This document shows positions 48,473-57,748 of a stretch of DNA of 64,000 nucleotides, one piece after another. Origin of the DNA: Candidatus Obscuribacterales bacterium (GTDB taxonomy: Bacteria > Cyanobacteriota > Vampirovibrionia > Obscuribacterales > Obscuribacteraceae); the NCBI GenBank assembly GCA_965228855.1, contig CBDDIJ010000005.1, positions 352,001 to 416,000 of the forward strand, written 5' to 3'. The notes under the pieces were generated by a model, which had not been told where the DNA came from, searched no databases, and saw nothing but the letters and a program-made list of their open reading frames with translations. The first letter of the stretch is position 1, and each line of letters begins with the position of its first letter. A program made the translations under genes and the position numbers.

Positions 48473-49188
48473 TCAATTTCCTTTGGCGACAGGTAACGCC
48501 ACTCTCCAGGCCCCATCGGCTTCAATTGTAACCTACCTATAGCAACTCTGACCAAACGAATCACCGGATGGCCAACTTGCTCGCACATCCGCCTAATCTG
48601 CCGGTTTCGGCCTTCGCATATGGAAATATGAAAGGATGTTCGATCTTGCCTGTCGTGAATATCTGCGATGCGCGCCGGCAGAGTCCAACCGTCATCCAAT
48701 TCGATACCGTTTTGCAGATCGTCAAAAACAGCATCGTCCGGAATGCCTTTAACCGTAACCTGATATTTTTTCCATACTGTTTTTGACGGATGCGTGAGCC
48801 TGAAAGCAGCGTCGCCATCGTTGGTCATGATGAGCAAACCCTCAGAATCGCGATCGAGCCGGCCGACCGGTTTCAAATGGTCGAGAGATTTCGGTAGAAG
48901 GTCGAGCACGTTTTTTCGCCCCAATTCATCTGAGCGAGTAGCAACAATTCCCTTTGGTTTATAGAGGGCGACGTACAATTTTTTCTTGAAACCAAGCTGT
49001 TTACCATCGACCGTCAAATGATCTCTGTCCACATCAATCAAACGATTGAACTCAGTGCAGACCACACCGTTGACCTTGACCAGTCCGGCTTGAATGGCTT
49101 CATCAGCCTGCCTTCGCGACATAACACCGGTTGACGCAACCGCTTTATTCAGGCGCAAGCCTACCTTTTTATTTTTCGACTGAGCCAC
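48454..49188 (-). CDS. rluB: rRNA pseudouridine synthase (RluB/RsuA family)
   Basis: S4 domain, KPKG, PVGRLDRDSEGLL, EGRNRQIRRM. Confidence 0.88.
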   Translation of the reverse strand: MAQSKNKKVGLRLNKAVASTGVMSRRQADEAIQAGLVKVNGVVCTEFNRLIDVDRDHLTVDGKQLGFKKKLYVALYKPKGIVATRSDELGRKNVLDLLPKSLDHLKPVGRLDRDSEGLLIMTNDGDAAFRLTHPSKTVWKKYQVTVKGIPDDAVFDDLQNGIELDDGWTLPARIADIHDRQDRTSFHISICEGRNRQIRRMCEQVGHPVIRLVRVAIGRLQLKPMGPGEWRYLSPKEIEWCCHL

Positions 49189-49230
49189 GGACTGCCACCA
49201 CTGACGGTATCACGGTAAATTATTTCAAAC

Positions 49231-49266
49231 AAAAGGCGCACAGACGAAAACGTTTGAGCGCCTCTT
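49231..49266 (-). terminator. Intrinsic terminator after the YtxH cluster
   Basis: Minus strand aggcgctcaaacg-tttt-cgtctgtgcgcct followed by tttgttt. Confidence 0.6.
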
Positions 49267-49293
49267 CAAATTCATTGCAGGTCGAGCTGCCGA

Positions 49294-49674
49294 TTAGCTT
49301 CCCGATGTAGCCGATTCGACGTCGTCAACCAGAACTTGCGTGCTCTGACCAGCCATCTCTTTCAACTTGCTTTCCACCTGGTCTTTGGTGTGTTGAACGC
49401 TGTCAGAAGCCTTCTTGATCACTTCGCCGCTTCTACCTTTGATATCTTCCAGCGCGTGCTCCGTGCGACCTTTGATTTCGCTGAACTTACTGCCGGTAGC
49501 ATTAGACAGTTCGCCGAGTTGGTCGGACGCTTGTTTGTACAAATCTTCGCTGCCGTCAGCAAGCTGACGACGCAGTTCTGCTCCAGATTTAGGAGCCGAG
49601 AGAATTCCGAAGACGAAGCCAATCAAGCCTCCGACTACGAGTCCCTCGAAAAATCTTCCGGTGTTATCAGCCAT
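49294..49674 (-). CDS. YtxH domain protein
   Basis: F..GL.VGG.IG...G.L.APKSG.ELR; GAGGTG SD. Confidence 0.88.
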   Translation of the reverse strand: MADNTGRFFEGLVVGGLIGFVFGILSAPKSGAELRRQLADGSEDLYKQASDQLGELSNATGSKFSEIKGRTEHALEDIKGRSGEVIKKASDSVQHTKDQVESKLKEMAGQSTQVLVDDVESATSGS

Positions 49675-49747
49675 CTTCGTCACCTCTTCTGCTGACTTTT
49701 AGTTCTACAAGATTTGAGCGCGTTTAGCTCAAACATTCAGCGGATCG

Positions 49748-50164
49748 CTAAACCGTCCGCGATGTGCTCTTAACTTTGGGTTCCGCATTGTCTTTGGGCG
49801 TCGGCTTACCTTCCAGGTAGGCTTTCCACCCAGCCATCAGACCAGCGCCCCACACCGAGGATGTGGATTTAGCCTGATCAGCGACTTTCGAAATGTTGCC
49901 TGTTACGTCTTCAACTCTCGTTCCGACGTCGGTAATACGCTGCTCAGCAATTGCTTTGATTTCCTGAACGCTGCCGAGCACCAGATTTACCTCATTGAGG
50001 GTCGGTCCCAGCTCCTTGTCGAGCGTGCGAATCAGACTCTCAGTGGCTTCCAGGGTACGTTCCGACTGTTTCAATAAATTGGAAAGCGGCGAAACCATAA
50101 GCGCCAGCGTAAATGCAAACGCTAAAAACAGAAAAATAACGATCATGTCCAGTAACGGTGGCAC
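49748..50164 (-). CDS. DUF948/YoxC-like membrane-anchored coiled-coil protein
   Basis: N-terminal TM followed by heptads, located between two YtxH genes. Confidence 0.7.
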   Translation of the reverse strand: MPPLLDMIVIFLFLAFAFTLALMVSPLSNLLKQSERTLEATESLIRTLDKELGPTLNEVNLVLGSVQEIKAIAEQRITDVGTRVEDVTGNISKVADQAKSTSSVWGAGLMAGWKAYLEGKPTPKDNAEPKVKSTSRTV

Positions 50165-50199
50165 TTGAGACCTCGCTGGCGATAAATGGATATCGGTTT

Positions 50200-50556
50200 C
50201 TATTTGTGCTGGAACGGAAGAACGGCACCGCCGCCCATCTCCAGCTCTTCACGTCTCTTCGCGGCAGCAAGCTTACCGGCGGCCACAGCCTGTCTCAATC
50301 GGACAGTTTGCTCTTCCACTACCAACTGGCAGTAGTTGAGTGCAGAGGCGTAGAGATCCAGTGAGTCGTCGACCAACTCACCCATACGCTCCGGAACATC
50401 CTTCGCGGTCTTTTTGATAGCGCCGCGCACTTCGTCCCCTGATTTCGGGGTTGTAAGCAGAGCCAAAGTGGCACCGCCGACTGCGCCGATCAACATACCG
50501 CAGAGCCAGGATGCAACGCCCGCACCGGAGCCTCTTTCTCTGGAATCGTTAGCCAT
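50200..50556 (-). CDS. YtxH domain protein
   Basis: GMLIGAVGGA.LALL.TPKSG.EVR. Confidence 0.85.
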   Translation of the reverse strand: MANDSRERGSGAGVASWLCGMLIGAVGGATLALLTTPKSGDEVRGAIKKTAKDVPERMGELVDDSLDLYASALNYCQLVVEEQTVRLRQAVAAGKLAAAKRREELEMGGGAVLPFQHK

Positions 50557-50709
50557 GTAGGTTACTCCGAAAGACCACTTGACTGAGCTTTAACTTGCTT
50601 ACTTTACCAAATATCTACAGATGTGGCCCATCTGAACAATTGATTGTTGCGATATATGGGCGTTTTCAGCAAAGCCGAAAAGCGCTAGAGACCTGACTAT
50701 AGCACGATT

Positions 50710-52020
50710 TTAGAGAACAGCTTCTTCCTCGGGAGTTTCCATTTTGGTGAACTCCTCGACGAGCAAATCACAAAGATGCTCAGCAATAGCCCGTTTCGGC
50801 ATGCGTTGCAAGTTTTCTCGAGAACCGTCGGCGCCAAGAATAATCACAGCATTATCGTCGCTGCCGAAACCTATATCAGGTACGGTGATGTCATTAGCCA
50901 CGATAAAATCGAGATTCTTTCGCTTCAATTTCTTATTAGCGTTACTCAGCAATTCCTCAGACTCAGCGGCAAAACCGATAATGATCTGATCGGGGCGCTT
51001 CACTCGACCGAGCAAATCGATGATGTCGGGATTTTTTGTGAACTCAAGAACCAGATCTTCGGATTCGGTCTTCTTTATCTTGTGATTTGCCACGCGCAGC
51101 GCGCGGAAATCAGCCACTGCAGCCGTCATCACGAGTGCATCGCAACCATCGAACTCTGACTCCACCACTTCCTGCATGTCCAGGGCGGTTTCGACGACAA
51201 TGACAGGATAACTGCGATTTACCTGCACGGTGGAAACCAAAATAACTTCAGCACCTCGCCCGGCTAGCGCGTCCGCCATCGCAATTCCCATTTTTCCGGA
51301 GCTGCGATTGCCAATGAAACGCACGGGATCAATGGGCTCTCTGGTGCCGCCTGCGGTGACCATTACTTGCTTGCCAGCCAGCGTACCGTGCGCCAAGAGC
51401 CGCGCGGCCACTGCCGCAAGAATGGTCTCCAATGAAGCCATCTTGCCCGCGCCAACATCACCACAAGCAACCTCACCGAATTCCGGAGCGATTATGTCGT
51501 AGCGAAAGCGGTTTTCCAGAGTCTCGAGATTACGCTGAGTAGCCGGATGGGCAAGCATCGTCGGATTCATGGCCGGAGCCAGCACCACTTTAGCTTGCGA
51601 TGCCAATACCATTGTAGTGAGCAGATCGTCACAAATTCCATTTGCGAGCTTGGCGATGACGTCGGCAGTCGCGGGCGCGATAAGAATGAGATCAGCTTTT
51701 TTAGCCAGTTCGATGTGCTCGGGGCGCCAATTGTCGGACTGTCCGAACTGTTCGCAATGAGCGGGATTTCGCGTCATCGTGGTCAAGCTCAGCTGGGTGA
51801 CGAATTCGCGCGCATTCGGCGTCATTACGGCATGCACGTCCGCGCCGGCTTGCCGGAGCATCGACGCAAGATCGCATGCTTTGTAAGCGGCAATTCCGCC
51901 GGCAACTCCCAAAAGTATAGTTTTGTTTTCAAGCGGCACAAATTTGTCGAAGATGTCGGTGCCGCTCTTCTTCTCCTTGCCCTTAGAAGACTTCGACTGC
52001 CCCTTGTTTTTCATAACCAC
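50710..52020 (-). CDS. coaBC: Bifunctional phosphopantothenoylcysteine decarboxylase / phosphopantothenate--cysteine ligase
   Basis: GGIAAYK, APATA, PAMN, TAGGTREPIDPVRFIGNRSSGKMG, AAVADF, GFAAES. Confidence 0.97.
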   Translation of the reverse strand: MVMKNKGQSKSSKGKEKKSGTDIFDKFVPLENKTILLGVAGGIAAYKACDLASMLRQAGADVHAVMTPNAREFVTQLSLTTMTRNPAHCEQFGQSDNWRPEHIELAKKADLILIAPATADVIAKLANGICDDLLTTMVLASQAKVVLAPAMNPTMLAHPATQRNLETLENRFRYDIIAPEFGEVACGDVGAGKMASLETILAAVAARLLAHGTLAGKQVMVTAGGTREPIDPVRFIGNRSSGKMGIAMADALAGRGAEVILVSTVQVNRSYPVIVVETALDMQEVVESEFDGCDALVMTAAVADFRALRVANHKIKKTESEDLVLEFTKNPDIIDLLGRVKRPDQIIIGFAAESEELLSNANKKLKRKNLDFIVANDITVPDIGFGSDDNAVIILGADGSRENLQRMPKRAIAEHLCDLLVEEFTKMETPEEEAVL

Positions 52021-52220
52021 CTCGAACGCTGCTTTGCCTGTATTATTATGATTCTACTTGCATTAATTGGCTACTCACTTGATTACATCGAATGAGTGAA
52101 TCGGGGCTGTTACCTGCATTCATTACGTTAAATTTCGCACTGTTTTCTAGTAAAACGCAAATTGCGCTGAGAAATCCGAGTCGAGACGCGCATCCGAAGA
52201 AGGATACAAAGGAATTTGAG

Positions 52221-53759
52221 ATGGAAAAGTTTTACGTCACTACCGCGATTGATTACGTCAACGCTACTCCTCATATAGGCCACGCATATGAAAAAGTTGC
52301 GGCCGATATTGTTGCGCGTTACCACCGCATCCGAGGCAAAGACGTTTTCTTCATGACCGGCGTCGACGAACACGGCAGCAAAGTAGAAAAATCAGCCCAG
52401 GATGCAGGTGTCACGCCAAAAGAATTTTGCGACGACATGGCTATGAAATTCAAATCCGCCTGGGACAAACTCAATTTGTCCTACGACCATTTCATCCGCA
52501 CGACCGATGACTACCACGAAAAGGCAGTTCAAACCTTGTTCTTGAAGCTCCTCGAAAAGGGCGACATCTATAAAGGAACCTACATCGGCTTGTACTGCGA
52601 AGGTTGCGAAGACTTTGTCAGAGAAAGAGATTTAGATGAAAACGGCCAATGCCCCAATCACAAGAAACCGCCCAAACAACTCGAAGAAGAAAACTACTTT
52701 TTTCGTCTGACGAGTTACAAAGACAAAATCAGAGAATGGCTCGAAAAGAACCCTGAAGCCGTGCGCCCCGAAGGACGCAAACGTGAGATCCTCAATCAAT
52801 TAGACGATCCTGAATTAGCAGACTTTAGCGTTACCAGATCCAGAAAATCGCTGACCTGGGGAATCCCGGTGCCCGGGAAAGAGGACCAGGTTATATACGT
52901 GTGGATTGACGCGCTATCCAACTACATCACGGGCGTCGGCTATCCGCACGATCCGGAAAAGTTCAAACGATATTGGCCGGCAGACCTTCATTTGATTGGT
53001 AAAGACATCAACAAATTTCACTCGATTTTTTGGCCGGCACTTTTGATGGCTGCAGATATCCCTGTTCCCAAGCAAGTTTTCGCTCACGGCTTCATCACGG
53101 TAAATGGTCAGAAAATCAGTAAGTCGCTCGGTAATGCAATCGATCCGATGGCGCTGGTAGATCAATACGGTGCAGATGCTGTTCGCTTCTATCTCTTCGC
53201 AAGCACCCCATTCGACAATGATGGAGATTTTTCGGTAAAAGATCTTCCGGAAAAGGTGAACGCGGAACTCGCGAAGAAATTGGGAAATCTTTTAAACAGA
53301 GTCATGAAACTTCTGGACGACAACTGCGGGGGTTTAGTCCCAGACCTGAATCCCGAGGAAAACATCGATCATGTTTTGCGCATTCAGGCAAACGAAATTC
53401 ATGTCGTCGTCGACAAATACATGGCGGAACTCGAGTTTGCAAAAGCGCTCCAGGCGATTTTTGCTCTCGTCGATCAAGCCAACAAATACTTCACAGACGA
53501 GGCTCCGTGGACCCTTTTCAAACAAGGCAAGAAAAAGGAAGGCGAAGTCGTACTTTACACCACTCTTGAAGTTCTGCGTCGCGTGGCGATGAACATGTAT
53601 CCATTCACTCCGACACTCGCTAGCGCAATCTGGTCGCAACTGGGTTACACAGAGGACCTCGGCAAGATTGGTGAACGCGCAAACGAGAAGATGTTCGACG
53701 TGATTAAACCAGGTCAGAAAGTAAATAATGCTGGTCCTGTCTTTAAACTTCTCGAATAG
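52221..53759 (+). CDS. metG: Methionine--tRNA ligase (short form, one Zn knuckle)
   Basis: HIGH, DEHG, CEGC..CPNH, YVWIDAL, KISKS. Confidence 0.97.
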   Translation: MEKFYVTTAIDYVNATPHIGHAYEKVAADIVARYHRIRGKDVFFMTGVDEHGSKVEKSAQDAGVTPKEFCDDMAMKFKSAWDKLNLSYDHFIRTTDDYHEKAVQTLFLKLLEKGDIYKGTYIGLYCEGCEDFVRERDLDENGQCPNHKKPPKQLEEENYFFRLTSYKDKIREWLEKNPEAVRPEGRKREILNQLDDPELADFSVTRSRKSLTWGIPVPGKEDQVIYVWIDALSNYITGVGYPHDPEKFKRYWPADLHLIGKDINKFHSIFWPALLMAADIPVPKQVFAHGFITVNGQKISKSLGNAIDPMALVDQYGADAVRFYLFASTPFDNDGDFSVKDLPEKVNAELAKKLGNLLNRVMKLLDDNCGGLVPDLNPEENIDHVLRIQANEIHVVVDKYMAELEFAKALQAIFALVDQANKYFTDEAPWTLFKQGKKKEGEVVLYTTLEVLRRVAMNMYPFTPTLASAIWSQLGYTEDLGKIGERANEKMFDVIKPGQKVNNAGPVFKLLE

Positions 53760-53860
53760 CTAAAGTTCCTGCCACTGCTACGATCGGGAAAACGGCATCG
53801 CTGCCAGGTTGGCGTGCTATTGGAAAAATAGTCACGCTTATACCTAAGGAGGTAGATATC

Positions 53861-54061
53861 GTGCCTTTGAATCCCGATGGGCAAACTGAAAAGTCTGATG
53901 AGGAACGAAGACTTAGCTTAGAAGCAAACCTTGATAGAAGCACAAATGATCTGCAGTTGCTTGCCAATTTCTATCATGAGCATGGTCAGCCACAACGCGC
54001 GCAGGAACTCTACAGGACGCTGCTGAAGATTCGTCAGAATCGGAACAATGATGGAAACTAG
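53861..54061 (+). CDS. 66-aa protein consisting of about one TPR unit
   Basis: AAGGAGGT SD; LANFYHEHGQPQRAQELYRTLLKIRQ. Confidence 0.7.
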   Translation: MPLNPDGQTEKSDEERRLSLEANLDRSTNDLQLLANFYHEHGQPQRAQELYRTLLKIRQNRNNDGN

Positions 54062-54268
54062 CCCGTATTCCAGTCGAGTTGTTTTGATTGAACCTTATCT
54101 GCCGCTTGCCGCCGTATCGACGAGATACGCAGCGGTAACGAATAAATGAAGGTCCGCAGTGTTCAAAAACACTGCGGTTTTGTTTTTCCACAAACGTTCG
54201 TGTGCGAGGAACGCACACGGTGACTTAACCGAGGCACTCCTCGCACACTCTCTCCTTGCGAAAGAAAA

Positions 54269-54685
54269 CTATGCGCAGCTCGAAGTTCCGCAGCTGCTCT
54301 TAGCTTCAGCACCTTCAAGCGGAAGATGTGCAGCAGCATACTCATCGAAGCCGCCGAACAGTTCCTTGACTTTGAAACCTTTTTTGGCGAGAAGAAGAGC
54401 CGCTCTAGTTGCCAGATGACAGGTAATTCCGTAGCAATAGACAACAGCGGTTGTATCTCTGGAAATTTGGTCGGTTGATTTTTCGAGTTCTTCATACGAA
54501 ATGTTCAACGCACCTGGAACATGGCTCTTCTCGTAGAGCTCCGGAGTGCGCAAATCGATGATGGTCAACGCTTCTTTGTTTTGAATTGCATACTTCAAGC
54601 CGACAGGACCATACTCGAAATTGAGTTTGTTCTCAAAATATTCAGCAGCTTTGGCGGCTTCTTTAGTCAATGTTTCAGTGGTCAT
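54269..54685 (-). CDS. Rhodanese-like domain protein
   Basis: IIDLR...Y..SHVPGA, VVYCY...C, L.GGF; AAGGAG SD. Confidence 0.92.
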   Translation of the reverse strand: MTTETLTKEAAKAAEYFENKLNFEYGPVGLKYAIQNKEALTIIDLRTPELYEKSHVPGALNISYEELEKSTDQISRDTTAVVYCYGITCHLATRAALLLAKKGFKVKELFGGFDEYAAAHLPLEGAEAKSSCGTSSCA

Positions 54686-54831
54686 TTTGGACTCTCCTTC
54701 CAATAATAGGTGGAACAAAGCAACGCAACACCGGAGGACGGTGTTGCAACTTTCATGCCTTCAGCTTAGAATGAGACAGTATCTATTCGCAAGTAGACAC
54801 CGAAAAGTGCGGTAGTATCCTGATAAAACCA

Positions 54832-54851
54832 TAGTATCCCAAATGATACTA
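54832..54851. promoter_or_regulatory. Putative HxlR-family operator
   Basis: Perfect inverted repeat TAGTATC-N6-GATACTA abutting the hxlR SD, with an extra half-site TAGTATC at 54813. Confidence 0.65.
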
Positions 54852-54864
54852 AAGGAGGCTTTCC

Positions 54865-55227
54865 ATGGTAGGCAAACTAGAATGTCCCATCATGCAGACC
54901 ATGGCCATGATCTCTGATAAGTGGAAAGTGCTGATCATCTGCAAGCTCAGAGGCGGCACATTGCGCTTCAACGAACTAATGCGGGCCCTTCAGGGTGTCA
55001 CCCAGAAAGTTTTGACCAGTCAACTCCGGGAGCTCGAAGACGATGGCATCGTTTCACGAAAGATTTATGCAGAGGTGCCCCCACGGGTCGAGTATTCTCT
55101 GACGCCGCTTGGCGAGACATTGATACCTGTCCTTATCAAACTCGAGGAATGGGCTCAAGTACACGCAGCAGAACTGATTGAGGCTCGCGAGCGCGCGCTG
55201 ATCAAAAAAACAGGCAAAGCTGGCTAG
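54865..55227 (+). CDS. HxlR/DUF24 family transcriptional regulator
   Basis: ECPI, KWK.LI, RFNEL, KVLTSQLRELEDDG, VPPRVEYSLT. Confidence 0.95.
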   Translation: MVGKLECPIMQTMAMISDKWKVLIICKLRGGTLRFNELMRALQGVTQKVLTSQLRELEDDGIVSRKIYAEVPPRVEYSLTPLGETLIPVLIKLEEWAQVHAAELIEARERALIKKTGKAG

Positions 55228-55355
55228 TCTCCTAAATGTTGCAGCGACGACGTCGTTTTTAAGCCGACCTTTTTCCTTTGGGTAACCGAGCATTAACGAG
55301 GGAAAAACACTAGGATGAAAACATAGTAGGTAGAGTCAACGAAAGCGCGCCGTTT

Positions 55356-57644
55356 ATGCTGGAAAAAGTAAAAGGTCCTAAACTAAAAGCCACGGCTGAA
55401 ACAGTCGAAAGCGCACCTGATGGCTCACATCACGCTGAGACCGAAAGTGTTGCACACGAAAATGTTTCAAGTTCCGATTTACCTGTTCTTGGCCAACAAT
55501 ACGAGGTTCTCCAGCGTATCGGCACAGGTGGAATGGGCTCTGTCTATAAGGTTCGTGACAAATCCATTGATGCAATAGTTGCGATCAAGGTCCTCCAACA
55601 ATCACTGGTTCAAGACGCAGCAGCGCTAAAGCGCTTCCAGCAGGAAGCAGAGTCGGCAAGCCATTTGAATCATCCCAATCTTGTTTCCGTCTTCGGTCAT
55701 GGCACCACAGATGATGGCTCGCCGTATATCGTCATGGACTATCTCGATGGAAAAAGTCTTGCTGATATCTTGACGGAAGCAACAGTTTTAGACTCCACAC
55801 GAGCACTCAAGCTGTTTAGCGACATTGCCGAAGCACTCGCTTACGCCCATACAAACGGCGTAGTCCACAGAGACGTAAAACCGACGAATATTATCGTCAC
55901 CAATGTCGGTGAAGCTTCGGAACGTGCACACATAGTCGATTTCGGCATCGCGAAAATGATGCCGACGGCCAATCGCGAAACTCATGATCTGACCCAAACG
56001 GGAGAGGTCTTTGGCAGCCCCAATTACATGAGTCCGGAGCAGTGCCTGGGCTTTATGCTGGACAACCGCTCGGATATTTATTCTCTAGGATGCTTGATGT
56101 ACGAGGTGCTGACCGGAGCACCGCCGTTCGACGGAGCTAATCCGATCCAAGTGATCGTCAAACATATGAATGAGCAGCCACCGGAATTTCCGAAGAACGT
56201 GAGAACGGACAAAGCGATTGAAAAGCTGGAAAACGTTGTTCTGAGATGCCTGGATAAGGAAAAGACGGAACGCTATCAGAGCGCATCTGATCTTTTGCAG
56301 GATTTCAAAGCAATTAGTCAAGGAAAAACAATCACGAAATATTCGCGGATAGCGGCCGCAAAGCCGATGTTTACTAAGAGACAGACGATCGGTGCCCTGG
56401 TGGTGTTCACAGGTCTCACCATATACGGTACCATCACCGCGATGTTATTCAACAATGAAATCGGCCAACGCGTGATCGGTGGATTGATTTCGGCCGTCTG
56501 CCTTGCCGGCGTGTACGTCTTTTACTCGTCAGCGTGGGAAATCTATAAAAAACGTGTGAAAGGCCTGACTGAGAATTCAGCCTGGCAAATTGCCTTCCTC
56601 ATATTCCTGGGGACTGGCTCGTTGACGGCGATACAGTATCCTGCTTTAATTTTGATCGGTCACTCGTTCTGGCCTTTGGGTGATTTCGGACAGAATCTCT
56701 TTTTTGCGACCAGCTGCATTCATTTGATTTCCCTTGCCGGCTCTGCTCTGTTTGGAATTTGTTGGTTGCTGTTTAGAAAACCAAACCGGCTCAACGTTCC
56801 CGCGATGGTCGGAAAGTTTCTCGTGGTAACCGTTCTGGTGACCGCGTTTTGTCGATTCGGAATTCCGGTTCAAAGCGCAAAAGTTTTATCAATGCTCGCG
56901 AGCGCAAGCAGCCAGTCACAGCCATATCTCGCCAAAATATTGTATGAGCAATCCATCCAACTGGATGACAACGTCGGCGAAAACTATATCCGCTTGAGCG
57001 AAGTCAACCACCGACTTAACTTGCACGATGCCGAAATCGAGAATTATATGAAAGTCCTCGAAACAAGACCATTTGAATCCTGGCGCGTGTCCAGCGTAGC
57101 TCAAACCCTCAATGCGCACAAGCGCTTCGCCGAAGCCAAAATCTGGTACGACCGTACGGTCAATGAGTCGAGGACTCGCGATACCGGCACGCTTCAGCAA
57201 AACTTGTATGAGCGAGGACGTTTCCTAAAAGAACAGGGCGATTTCGCAAAAGCTTACCGAGACATCTCCGAGGCGATCAAGCTGGCAACATATCCGCAGG
57301 AAGATTATGTAAATACGCTGGCGCAGATTTGCTGCGGCATGGGCAAGTATCAGGAGGCAAGCGGACTTCTGGAAAAATATTTGAACATGACTCAGTCTCA
57401 TTCGGTTAATGAACGCATACTTCTCGGAATCATTTACGACAATCTCGGCAACGTTCCCAAGTCGAAGGAGATGTTTGAGTCGGCTGCAAACCTGCAAACG
57501 CTGGATGCGTATAATGTTCCGCTGTATTACGCGTACAAGCAGCTCAACCGAAACACAGGTTCTATGCGGATGCGGGATTCAGACAAATCCCAATTGCTGC
57601 CGAACCTTGGAGTGCCGGCAGGCTCATTGAAGACAAAATGGTAA
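55356..57644 (+). CDS. Ser/Thr protein kinase with multi-TM region and C-terminal TPRs
   Basis: GTGGMG, VAIK, HRDVKPTN, DFG, GSPNYMSPEQ; about 5 TM; TPR-like tail. Confidence 0.93.
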   Translation: MLEKVKGPKLKATAETVESAPDGSHHAETESVAHENVSSSDLPVLGQQYEVLQRIGTGGMGSVYKVRDKSIDAIVAIKVLQQSLVQDAAALKRFQQEAESASHLNHPNLVSVFGHGTTDDGSPYIVMDYLDGKSLADILTEATVLDSTRALKLFSDIAEALAYAHTNGVVHRDVKPTNIIVTNVGEASERAHIVDFGIAKMMPTANRETHDLTQTGEVFGSPNYMSPEQCLGFMLDNRSDIYSLGCLMYEVLTGAPPFDGANPIQVIVKHMNEQPPEFPKNVRTDKAIEKLENVVLRCLDKEKTERYQSASDLLQDFKAISQGKTITKYSRIAAAKPMFTKRQTIGALVVFTGLTIYGTITAMLFNNEIGQRVIGGLISAVCLAGVYVFYSSAWEIYKKRVKGLTENSAWQIAFLIFLGTGSLTAIQYPALILIGHSFWPLGDFGQNLFFATSCIHLISLAGSALFGICWLLFRKPNRLNVPAMVGKFLVVTVLVTAFCRFGIPVQSAKVLSMLASASSQSQPYLAKILYEQSIQLDDNVGENYIRLSEVNHRLNLHDAEIENYMKVLETRPFESWRVSSVAQTLNAHKRFAEAKIWYDRTVNESRTRDTGTLQQNLYERGRFLKEQGDFAKAYRDISEAIKLATYPQEDYVNTLAQICCGMGKYQEASGLLEKYLNMTQSHSVNERILLGIIYDNLGNVPKSKEMFESAANLQTLDAYNVPLYYAYKQLNRNTGSMRMRDSDKSQLLPNLGVPAGSLKTKW

Positions 57645-57748
57645 ATTGGCGTAGAGCGCGTTCTCCGCGGGAATAAACGACAAAGGGCGAGTCTATTTTA
57701 TCGAGAAACCACATCTGACTTCGTTCAGCCCTGCCCGAAAGGCGTAGT

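Noticed and set aside
50610..50665. NrdR-box-like sequences upstream of the YtxH cluster
   Set aside because: Weak matches, and no ribonucleotide reductase gene downstream.
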